Assembly (NCBI GenBank): GCA_038891615.1
Contig: JAWADY010000002.1
Coordinates: forward strand, 128,001-192,000
Direction of reading: 5' to 3'
Source of the DNA: Candidatus Woesearchaeota archaeon
Lineage (GTDB): Archaea > Nanobdellota > Nanobdellia > Woesearchaeales > ARS49
Length of the DNA: 64,000 bases
Position 1 is the first letter of the stretch. Every line of letters begins with the position of its first letter. The position numbers and the translations under genes are program-made. The notes under the pieces were generated by a model. That model was not told the DNA's origin, did not search any database, and saw nothing but the letters and a program-made list of their open reading frames with translations. Below are positions 56,641 to 64,000 of the stretch, piece after piece.

Positions 56641-57309
56641 ATGATATCTTCAGAACTTGTCCAGAAGGCTTTTAGTGAAATTTTTCCAGACAAACCTTTT
56701 TATTATGTCCCTCTAATCAGATATTCAGGAAGGCTCAAGGGCTATAACGCAAATGTCAGATTTGATGAGGCAAACCGAAAGTTAATCTTCAGTCTGAGCA
56801 AAGCGTGGAAGGCTGTTGAGCCCGCGATAAAACTTGGCCTACTCCAAGCACTGCTAGTAAAACTCTTCAAGAGGCCTGTCAGAACGCTCCATATCGAGCT
56901 ATACCACAACTTCCTGTCAAGCCTTGGCGAAGTTGCTGATGTCAAAAGCTCACATCCAGAATTAGAAGCATCCTTTGAAAGAGTGAACAACAGGTATTTT
57001 GGAGGCATGCTAACAAAACCAAACCTTATTTTTAGCAAGTCCTTGGCTCGTCTAGGAAGCTATGACTATGCAACAGATACAATAACAATAAGCCGAGCCT
57101 TGCTTAGCAACAAGAAGCTTCTTGATTATGTCATGTATCATGAAATGCTTCACAAGAAGTTGAAGTTTGCAACTGGAAAGGAGAGCTTGCGTCTGCTACA
57201 TCACACAAAAGCATTTAAAGAAGCAGAGGCGCGTTTTGATGACGCGGCTGAGTTAGAGAAAGAGCTTTCACGGCTTGTTTCAAGCTTGCGCAAGCACAAG
57301 AGATGTTGA
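56641..57309 (+). CDS. SprT/YgjP-like zinc metallopeptidase
   Basis: F.RVN.RYF, LGSY, YVMYHEMLH and HTKAF. Confidence 0.8.
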   Translation: MISSELVQKAFSEIFPDKPFYYVPLIRYSGRLKGYNANVRFDEANRKLIFSLSKAWKAVEPAIKLGLLQALLVKLFKRPVRTLHIELYHNFLSSLGEVADVKSSHPELEASFERVNNRYFGGMLTKPNLIFSKSLARLGSYDYATDTITISRALLSNKKLLDYVMYHEMLHKKLKFATGKESLRLLHHTKAFKEAEARFDDAAELEKELSRLVSSLRKHKRC

Positions 57310-57374
57310 AAGCTTTGATGTTTTGTTAGAGCCTTTGAGAAATCTTTATAAATATCCTTTTTGAGCAAAAGGGC

Positions 57375-57788
57375 ATGGCAACAAAGGTTGTGCCTGCTGG
57401 ACAGATAAAAGAGGGAAGCTATATAGTTATTGATGGAGCGGCTTGTAAGGTCGTTGAGGCAACGCATGGTAAAGGTGGCAAGCATGGTGCGGCAAAGATG
57501 AGAATAGTTGCCATTGGCATCCTTGACAACAAAAAAAGAGATATTGTTATGCCAGCTTCCGATACCGTTGAGGTTCCTATTATAGAAAAGCGCTCTGCGC
57601 AGGTTCTCTCAGTGTCTGGAGATAAAGCAAATGTGATGGATTCTGAGACTTATGAAACATTTGACCTTGAAATTCCAGAAGAGTTGAAAGGAAAAATAGT
57701 TGAAGGTGTACAGATACTCTACTGGGATGTGCTTGGTCAAAAGGTCATGAAACAGCTAAAGTCAGGAGCAGAAACAAGCGAGGAATAA
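57375..57788 (+). CDS. eif5a: Translation factor aIF5A
   Basis: GKHGAAK hypusine loop and MDSETYETF. Confidence 0.96.
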   Translation: MATKVVPAGQIKEGSYIVIDGAACKVVEATHGKGGKHGAAKMRIVAIGILDNKKRDIVMPASDTVEVPIIEKRSAQVLSVSGDKANVMDSETYETFDLEIPEELKGKIVEGVQILYWDVLGQKVMKQLKSGAETSEE

Positions 57789-57817
57789 CTTTGTTTAATG
57801 TTCGTGGTTGATGAGCT

Positions 57818-57979
57818 ATGGTAAGATTTCCAGAAGCCGAGGCAAGGCTTTTCAAGAACAAATTCGTGTGTAGGAAGTGCAAGAGTGTGATTACTGCGAC
57901 AACCATGCGTATAATGTCAGGAAAAATAAGTTGCAGGAAATGCGGAAGTCATCAGTTCAAGCCTAAAAGAAAGAAGTAA
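57818..57979 (+). CDS. rpl40e: 50S ribosomal protein eL40, not in the ORF track
   Basis: MVRFPEAEARLFKNKFVCRKC...CRKCGSHQFKPKRKK*. Confidence 0.9.
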   Translation: MVRFPEAEARLFKNKFVCRKCKSVITATTMRIMSGKISCRKCGSHQFKPKRKK

Positions 57980-58015
57980 AACATCTTTTGATTTTTGTCT
58001 GAGGAATGAGTTTAT

Positions 58016-59224
58016 ATGTCAATTGATTTTCAGAGTGTCATCACAGTATTAATTGTTGGATGGCTGTTTCTTTTTTTGTTTAGGCATAGAAAAAGCCTTC
58101 AATTGCAAAAACTCGCTTTCCCATTTTTCTATTTTATCATGTACAGGACAAAAGCTGGCATTTCTTGGATGGACAAGATAGCTCGAAGGGCATCAACTTT
58201 CTGGCAGAGGCTTTCACTTCTTGGAGTCGTTGTAGGCTTTGTTGCAATGGTTGGAATGTCAGCCTTTCTTATCAAGATAACCATTGACCTTTTTACAAAG
58301 CCGACTGCAGCGCCGGGGCTTGCACTTGTCCTGCCTGTAAAGTTAAAAGGAGTCTTTTTTGTTCCGCTGTTCTATTGGATTATTTCTATCTTCGTTGTTG
58401 CAACCCTTCATGAATTTGCTCACGGTGTCGCAGCAAGGTCTTACAAGTTGCCTGTTAAGCATTCAGGGCTTGCTGTTCTTTGCCTTCTCTTGCCACTAAT
58501 TCCGGCAGCTTTTGTCGAACCAGATGAAAAGGCGCTAGCTAATGCTTCAGCTAGAGCAAAGCTTTCTGTCTTTGCTGCAGGCGCTTTTGCGAACATCCTT
58601 TTTGCACTGCTCCTTGTCTTTGCACTTGGAATACCACTTCCATTACTTGGAAAAGTTGTAAAGACAACAGCGGTTGTTGATATTGAGCACGAAATTGCAA
58701 AATGGTCCGCTCTTGATGGCATAAGAGTTGCTGAAATAGTTGAAGGAAGCCCAGCCGCTCTTGCAGGTCTAAAAAAGGGTGAAATTGTTAAAGAGATAGA
58801 TGGAATTACCATTTCAAACCTTGAAGCATTGAGAGCTTTTGAAGGGCTTAAGCCTGGAAAGAGTGTTTTTTTGAAGACTGAAAACAAAAGCTATAAACTG
58901 GTTGCTGCAACCCATCCTGACGAAAAGCAAAAGACTGCTGACAAAGGCTATCTTGGCATCTCATTTGAGCCTGTTACAAAGAAACCGAAACAAAATGCAG
59001 AGGTTATGCTATCTCTGCTAGCGCTTGTTGTTTGGGTTGTACAATTCAATCTCGGCATAGGGCTTGCAAACCTTCTACCGATAGGTCCACTTGATGGCGG
59101 GCGGATGGCGCAGTTTGGAATTGAAAGAATTTTTAAGAAAAAGGGCAGGCTTATGTGGCGATGGCTTAGCCTTTTCTTCGGAATCCTTGCATTAATTAAC
59201 ATTTTTGCAGGCTTTGTGAAGTAG
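58016..59224 (+). CDS. Site-2 protease (M50) with PDZ domain
   Basis: HEFAHG, AFVEPDE, PDZ GSPAALAGL and NLLPIGPLDGG. Confidence 0.93.
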   Translation: MSIDFQSVITVLIVGWLFLFLFRHRKSLQLQKLAFPFFYFIMYRTKAGISWMDKIARRASTFWQRLSLLGVVVGFVAMVGMSAFLIKITIDLFTKPTAAPGLALVLPVKLKGVFFVPLFYWIISIFVVATLHEFAHGVAARSYKLPVKHSGLAVLCLLLPLIPAAFVEPDEKALANASARAKLSVFAAGAFANILFALLLVFALGIPLPLLGKVVKTTAVVDIEHEIAKWSALDGIRVAEIVEGSPAALAGLKKGEIVKEIDGITISNLEALRAFEGLKPGKSVFLKTENKSYKLVAATHPDEKQKTADKGYLGISFEPVTKKPKQNAEVMLSLLALVVWVVQFNLGIGLANLLPIGPLDGGRMAQFGIERIFKKKGRLMWRWLSLFFGILALINIFAGFVK

Positions 59225-59236
59225 CTGCTTTTCAAT

Positions 59237-59560
59237 TTATGCTCGCCTGAGCTGCTCAAAATACCTCTTCACGCGTTCGTCGCCCTTTGGCTTTGCAGAA
59301 GGCCCTAGCTTGTAATAAACCTTTTCAGCAACGCTTCCCCAGGAAAACTCTCCTTTCTCAAGCTTCACCTCCTCAATCACAAACTCGCCCAGCGCAACCC
59401 CTTTTTTCAGATGGTAATAAATAATCTCCCGCGTGCAACTTGGAAAAATCTCTTGGTAAATCTTGTTTATTTGGTAACCGTGGGCAGTGCCAAGAACTGC
59501 AAGCAGTTCTACAATATTTTGCCTTATCTGCGAGGATGCAGGTCTACCTCTTCTTAACAT
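59237..59560 (-). CDS. Winged-helix-like hypothetical protein
   Basis: RGRP..SQIRQNIVELL, HGY.I, IYYHLKKG and YYKLG. Confidence 0.7.
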   Translation of the reverse strand: MLRRGRPASSQIRQNIVELLAVLGTAHGYQINKIYQEIFPSCTREIIYYHLKKGVALGEFVIEEVKLEKGEFSWGSVAEKVYYKLGPSAKPKGDERVKRYFEQLRRA

Positions 59561-59693
59561 TCTTTTTAACAAGCTAGCTGGGGCTTATAAACCTTTTTTC
59601 TAATTCTGTTTTGGCTGTTTTCCTTCTTTGTTAGAAAGCTCGCTCGGCTTTGTGAGCTCTTTTTGAAATTCCCTATTAACAAAATTTTTGACA

Positions 59694-62141
59694 CTAGCGC
59701 TTTCTTTTTAACCTTTTCTCCTCTTCAGCAACATGCAACTTAGTCCTTATTACCGCATCAGGGCTCAAAGAAATGCTGTCAATTCCCTCTCGTACAAGAA
59801 AACGTGCAAACTCAGGAAATGTGCTTGGCGCATCTCCACATATTCCTATTTTTTTCTTCATCTTTTTTGCCTTTCTTATAACTTCTGCAACCATTCGCAT
59901 TACGGCTTCATTTCTTTCGTCATAGAGCTCTGACACAAGCTCGCTATCACGGTCAAGACCAAGAATGAGCTGCGTCAAATCGTTTGTTCCAATGCTAAAG
60001 CCATCAAATATCTTCGCAAATTGCTCAGCAAGAATTACATTACTGGGTATTTCACACATAACATATACCTTTAGTCCATCCTTTCCGCGCTTCAGCCCAT
60101 TTTTAGCCATCTCCTGAAGAACCTTTTTACCTTCTTCAACTGTCCTGCAAAAAGGAATCATTACGGAAACATTCTTTAAGCCAAATTCATCACGCACCTT
60201 TTTTATTGCCCGACATTCAAGACCGAACCCTTCGCTATAGCCTTTGTAATATCTACTTGCACCACGCCAACCAATCATTGGATTGTCTTCTTTAGGTTCG
60301 TAGGCCTCGCCGCCTATGAGGTTTGCGTACTCATTGCTTTTGAAGTCAGAAAAGCGGACTATCACTTCATTGGGCCAGAAGGCGGCTCCTATCACCCCGA
60401 TTCCTTCACTGAGCTTGTCTATGAAGAATTGCTTTTTGTCCGCATAACCATGAGTTATCTCCTCTATCTTTCTTTTTATGTGCTCAGGCTGGCTGTCAAA
60501 TTCAAGAAGAGCCATGGGATGAATCTTTATGTAATTACTTATTATGAACTCTTCCCTCGCAAGGCCAATGCCATCATTTGGAATAAAACTAAAATCAAAA
60601 GCCTCTTCTGGGTCGCCAAGGTTCATCATTATCTTTGTTTTTGTTTTTGGCAGCTTTTTAAGGTCTATTTTGTTTATGCCAAACTTCAGCAATCCTTTGT
60701 AGACCTTTCCAACTTCGCCTTCGCAGCAGCTGACAGTTATTTGCTGACCTGTTTTTATTTTTTCAGTTGCGTTATTAGTGCCAACAATGCAAGGCAGGCC
60801 AAGTTCCCTTGAAACTATTGCCGCATGGGCAGTACGCCCTCCACGATTTGTCACTATTGCCGAAGCAATGCGCATCGCAGGTACCCAGTCGGGGTCTGTC
60901 ATTTCTGTAACAAGGACTTCTCCGGGCTTGAAGGCTGTTATGTCTTTAACATCTTTTATGACGTGAGCCCTGCCTTGGCCAACTTTTGTTCCAACGGCCT
61001 TCCCTGAAACGATTACTTCGCCCTTTTCTTTGAGATAGTACTCCTCAACAATATCCCTTCTTCTTTTGCTTTGTACTGTTTCTGGCCTTGCCTGAACAAT
61101 AAACAGCTTGTTTAGAATTCCATCCTTTGCCCATTCAATGTCCATTGGAGTCCAGCCGCCTTTCTTTTTTGAGTAGTGCTCCTCAATCGCCATGCCCCAT
61201 CTTGCAAGCGTGAGAACTTCATCATCGCTTAGCACAAACCTTTTTCGCTCTTCAAGTGGCACAGAAACGCTCTTTGTAGGCCTTGTGCCTTCCTCTGAAT
61301 AAATTATCTTCTGGCTTTTTTCGCCTAGCACCTTCATTATTATTGGCTTAAAGCCTTCCTTCAGAGTTGGTTTATGCACATAGTACTCATCTGGGTTTAC
61401 GATTCCTTGAACAATGTTCTCGCCAAGCCCCCAGCTACCTGTTATAAAGATGACATCCTTAAATCCGGTTTCTGTGTCTAATGTAAATAGGACTCCTGAA
61501 CATGCGAGGTCGGACCTCACCATTTTCTGGACACCAACTGAAAGGTAAACCTTAAGATGGTCAAAGCCATGCTCCTCGCGATAGGCAATTGCCCTGTTGG
61601 TGAAGAGAGAAGCAAAGCAGTTCTTGCAAGCATTGAGAAGCTCGTTTTCTCCTCTTATGTTTAGGTAGGTTTCTTGTTGGCCAGCAAAACTTGCTTCTGG
61701 AAGGTCTTCTGCCGTGGCAGAACTTCTCACCGCAACATCTACATTAGGAGTTTTGTAAAGCTTGCAGAGCTTGTGATATGCTTCTATAATAGCGTGTTTA
61801 AGTTCTGGACTGAAATATGCTCTTTGTATAAGTTCCCTGATCTTTCTTCCGCGCTCTGAAAGGTCTTTTATGTTAGTAACATCAAGCCCCTTTAAAAGGC
61901 GCCTTATTTGCGGCTCTAGCCCTGACTCCTTGATGAAGTGTCTGTAAGCATAGGCTGTTATTGCAAAGCCGTTTGGTACGTTTATCCCTTTTTTGGTAAG
62001 CTCTCGGTACATCTCTCCGAGAGATGCGTTTTTCCCACCAACAAGGCTTACATCAGCCATTCCTATTTCATCAAACCACAGCACAAACCTTGTCGCTCTG
62101 TCAAGATGTTTTGCCAATTTTGAGAAATCAACCTTTGCCAA
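59694..62141 (-). CDS. ppsA: Phosphoenolpyruvate synthase
   Basis: VGGKNASLGEM, AVRSSATAED, GGRTAHAAIVSRE and FSIGTNDLTQ; TTG start at 62141 after GAGGGG (the longer ORF overlaps pcm). Confidence 0.96.
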   Translation of the reverse strand: MAKVDFSKLAKHLDRATRFVLWFDEIGMADVSLVGGKNASLGEMYRELTKKGINVPNGFAITAYAYRHFIKESGLEPQIRRLLKGLDVTNIKDLSERGRKIRELIQRAYFSPELKHAIIEAYHKLCKLYKTPNVDVAVRSSATAEDLPEASFAGQQETYLNIRGENELLNACKNCFASLFTNRAIAYREEHGFDHLKVYLSVGVQKMVRSDLACSGVLFTLDTETGFKDVIFITGSWGLGENIVQGIVNPDEYYVHKPTLKEGFKPIIMKVLGEKSQKIIYSEEGTRPTKSVSVPLEERKRFVLSDDEVLTLARWGMAIEEHYSKKKGGWTPMDIEWAKDGILNKLFIVQARPETVQSKRRRDIVEEYYLKEKGEVIVSGKAVGTKVGQGRAHVIKDVKDITAFKPGEVLVTEMTDPDWVPAMRIASAIVTNRGGRTAHAAIVSRELGLPCIVGTNNATEKIKTGQQITVSCCEGEVGKVYKGLLKFGINKIDLKKLPKTKTKIMMNLGDPEEAFDFSFIPNDGIGLAREEFIISNYIKIHPMALLEFDSQPEHIKRKIEEITHGYADKKQFFIDKLSEGIGVIGAAFWPNEVIVRFSDFKSNEYANLIGGEAYEPKEDNPMIGWRGASRYYKGYSEGFGLECRAIKKVRDEFGLKNVSVMIPFCRTVEEGKKVLQEMAKNGLKRGKDGLKVYVMCEIPSNVILAEQFAKIFDGFSIGTNDLTQLILGLDRDSELVSELYDERNEAVMRMVAEVIRKAKKMKKKIGICGDAPSTFPEFARFLVREGIDSISLSPDAVIRTKLHVAEEEKRLKRKR

Positions 62142-62214
62142 TCGAATCTCTCCCCTCTTTTTTTTAGAGAAGTTCTCCGTCAGCTTTATAAAGTTTGCTG
62201 GCAAACCCCCACAT

Positions 62215-62898
62215 ATGGTCGAGGACGAAACAGCTAATTCTGAAAAAGAAAAGGAAGCGCTGATCAGTTTCTGGCTTAAAAACAAATTTGTTAAAGATCA
62301 AAGAGTTATCGAAGCATTCAGGGCAATTGATAGAAGGGACTTTGTCCTTCCATACCAAAAGGCTATAGCCTACGAAGATAGGCCCTTGCCCATTTTAGCA
62401 GAACAGACAATCTCGCAACCAACAACTGTTGTACAAATGCTTGAAGCTCTTGAGCTCAAGCCTGGCATGGCTGTGCTTGAGATAGGAGCTGGTTCTGGCT
62501 ACAACGCAGCGCTGATTGCGGAGCTTGTAAAGCCAGATGGAAAGGTCTACTCTATTGAAATAATTCCTGAGCTTGCGGACTTTGCAAGGGCTAACATAAA
62601 AAAGGCAGGTCTTGAGGAAATTGTTCAGGTTATAAACGCTGATGGTAGCAAAGGATGGCCTCCAGCTGCGCCTTACGATAGAATTGTTGTAACAGCAGCT
62701 GCTCCAGACATTCCAAAGGCTTATGTTGAACAACTAAAGGAAGACGGAATACTGCTAATCCCAGTGAGTATTAGCGAAGAGCCAGAGTTAACAGAGCTCA
62801 TAAAGGCAAGAAAACAGAAGGGTGGCCTTGTGAAAAAAACTTTGGAAGGTTATTATACATTTGTGAAGCTAAGGGGAGAGAAAGGTTATGCGGATTAA
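62215..62898 (+). CDS. pcm: Protein-L-isoaspartate O-methyltransferase
   Basis: QTISQP, VLEIGAGSGYNAA and APYDRIVVTA; ATG 23 nt after TTTATAAA. Confidence 0.95.
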   Translation: MVEDETANSEKEKEALISFWLKNKFVKDQRVIEAFRAIDRRDFVLPYQKAIAYEDRPLPILAEQTISQPTTVVQMLEALELKPGMAVLEIGAGSGYNAALIAELVKPDGKVYSIEIIPELADFARANIKKAGLEEIVQVINADGSKGWPPAAPYDRIVVTAAAPDIPKAYVEQLKEDGILLIPVSISEEPELTELIKARKQKGGLVKKTLEGYYTFVKLRGEKGYAD

Positions 62899-63616
62899 CC
62901 TCTTAACCTTTATCTGCTTCCTGCTTTTTGTGTTTGGATGTCAAACATCTTTGAAAGTTAATTTAAAGGAGAAACAAGTTGAAGAGGTGAGTGAAATGAC
63001 AAATTTTCTTAAAGCAAAGGATGGCACGCAATTAGCTTATGATTTTTGGCAAGGTGAAAAAGAAAAGCCTGGCATAGTGCTTGTGCACATGCTTCCAAGC
63101 AACAGAAGCTCCTGGAGACCTCTTGTGCCATTTCTACAGAAAGAGGGTTGGAGCGTCATTGCAATTGACTATCGCGGAAGGGGAGAATCTGGTGGAAAGC
63201 TTGTTAGCCCGCAAGACTTTCAGAACATTGCCCTTGATGTTGATGCTGCAATAGATTTCTTGCAACAAAAAGGGATAAAGACGATAGGTATTGTTGGAGC
63301 ATCGATAGGTGCCAACCACGCACTGCTCGCGGGCTTAAGGCATCCTTCAATAAAATCAGTAGTTCTTCTCAGTCCTGGGCTGGATTACAGAGGTGTAAAA
63401 GTTGCCGATGTTGCCTCAAAGCTTGGCAAGCCTTTGCTTGTTGTTGCCAGCGAAGATGATGCCTATAGCGCGCAAAGCTCAAAGGAAATTATAAGGTTGG
63501 CAAAGGAGCCAAAAGCGCTTAAGATTTATTCAGCAGCTGGTCATGGGACTGACATGCTTAACCAGCCAGACCTTATACCATTGCTCATTGACTGGCTAAA
63601 GAAAGGATTTGGTTAG
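62888..63616 (+). CDS. Alpha/beta hydrolase, probable lipoprotein
   Basis: Lipobox-like VFGC, DYRGRGES, GASIG nucleophile elbow and GHG. Confidence 0.88.
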   Translation: MRINLLTFICFLLFVFGCQTSLKVNLKEKQVEEVSEMTNFLKAKDGTQLAYDFWQGEKEKPGIVLVHMLPSNRSSWRPLVPFLQKEGWSVIAIDYRGRGESGGKLVSPQDFQNIALDVDAAIDFLQQKGIKTIGIVGASIGANHALLAGLRHPSIKSVVLLSPGLDYRGVKVADVASKLGKPLLVVASEDDAYSAQSSKEIIRLAKEPKALKIYSAAGHGTDMLNQPDLIPLLIDWLKKGFG

Positions 63617-63777
63617 CTAATTAACGTTCGCTTTCCTGCTGTTTTTAAGCGGACTGATTTTCCTTAAATAACCGTTTTCGCTTCAGCTTTTAGCTTGGAC
63701 AAAATTCTTCACTGCGTTATAAGCGCTTGCTAAAAGTCAAAGAATGAACAAAAATAAAAGAAAAAGAAAAAGTTCGC

Positions 63778-64000
63778 TCAGTCTTGGGCAGTGGAGTACA
63801 CTGCTTTGAGCGAAACCACGAGCGCAGCTGGTGCAACAAACACCACGATGTTCCTAAAGATTGAAGATATAACCGTTCCAAGAACTGGTAGCGAACTTAA
63901 GCTGCCGCTCACCAAAAGCAGTGCAATAGTGGCTATCAAGAAATTGTTTACTTCTTTTGCGGTTATGTTAAGGAAGCCCACAATCAATCCCAGAAGCACA
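63778..64000 (-). CDS. Membrane protein, 5' end outside the window
   Basis: GLIVGFLNIT.KE...FLIA.IAL...FVAPAA hydrophobic helices. Confidence 0.7.
   Translation of the reverse strand, partial: VLLGLIVGFLNITAKEVNNFLIATIALLLVSGSLSSLPVLGTVISSIFRNIVVFVAPAALVVSLKAVYSTAQD

Noticed and set aside
61993-62285. Apparent long head-to-head overlap of ppsA and pcm
   Set aside because: An artefact of longest-ORF calling; likely starts are 62141 (TTG with SD) and 62215 (ATG).
1-64000. Alternative genetic code or stop-codon recoding
   Set aside because: Conserved genes are full length under the standard code and end with TAA, TAG or TGA at expected positions.

Overview
This is a 64-kb, gene-dense chromosomal segment of a DPANN-type archaeon. 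The gene repertoire and small conserved hypotheticals suggest Woesearchaeota/Nanobdellota, which is an inference and not a database result. Most of it is housekeeping: gatD, cdc48, deoxyhypusine synthase, aIF5A, class II RNR, archease-rtcB, Taw1, cdc6, serS, alaS, PINA, RNase HII, SMC, aIF5B, aRF1, the eL43-rpo12-prefoldin cluster, eL40 and ppsA. It also holds six tRNA genes and several secreted or surface proteins, including a 2041-aa S8 protease. Main observations from reading the DNA: (1) two tRNAs are interrupted at non-canonical positions with clean bulge-helix-bulge motifs, namely Ser-GCT (19-nt D-loop intron) and Pro-TGG (15-nt anticodon intron plus 31-nt T-loop intron); (2) a 2,010-bp AT-rich restriction-modification cassette (REase, N4-type MTase and an unannotated Zn-ribbon gene) is bounded by TGTATTGTT inverted ends and a 9-bp near-perfect flanking duplication but has no transposase; (3) several divergent gene pairs appear to share one central TATA box; (4) NrdJ has an N-terminal HTH-like extension; (5) there is a pore-less voltage-sensor-like protein, a stand-alone HPF-like protein, and several small ORFs missing from the ORF track. 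No CRISPR array, rRNA, integrase, transposase or reverse transcriptase was seen. All product calls come from motif recognition, not from searches.
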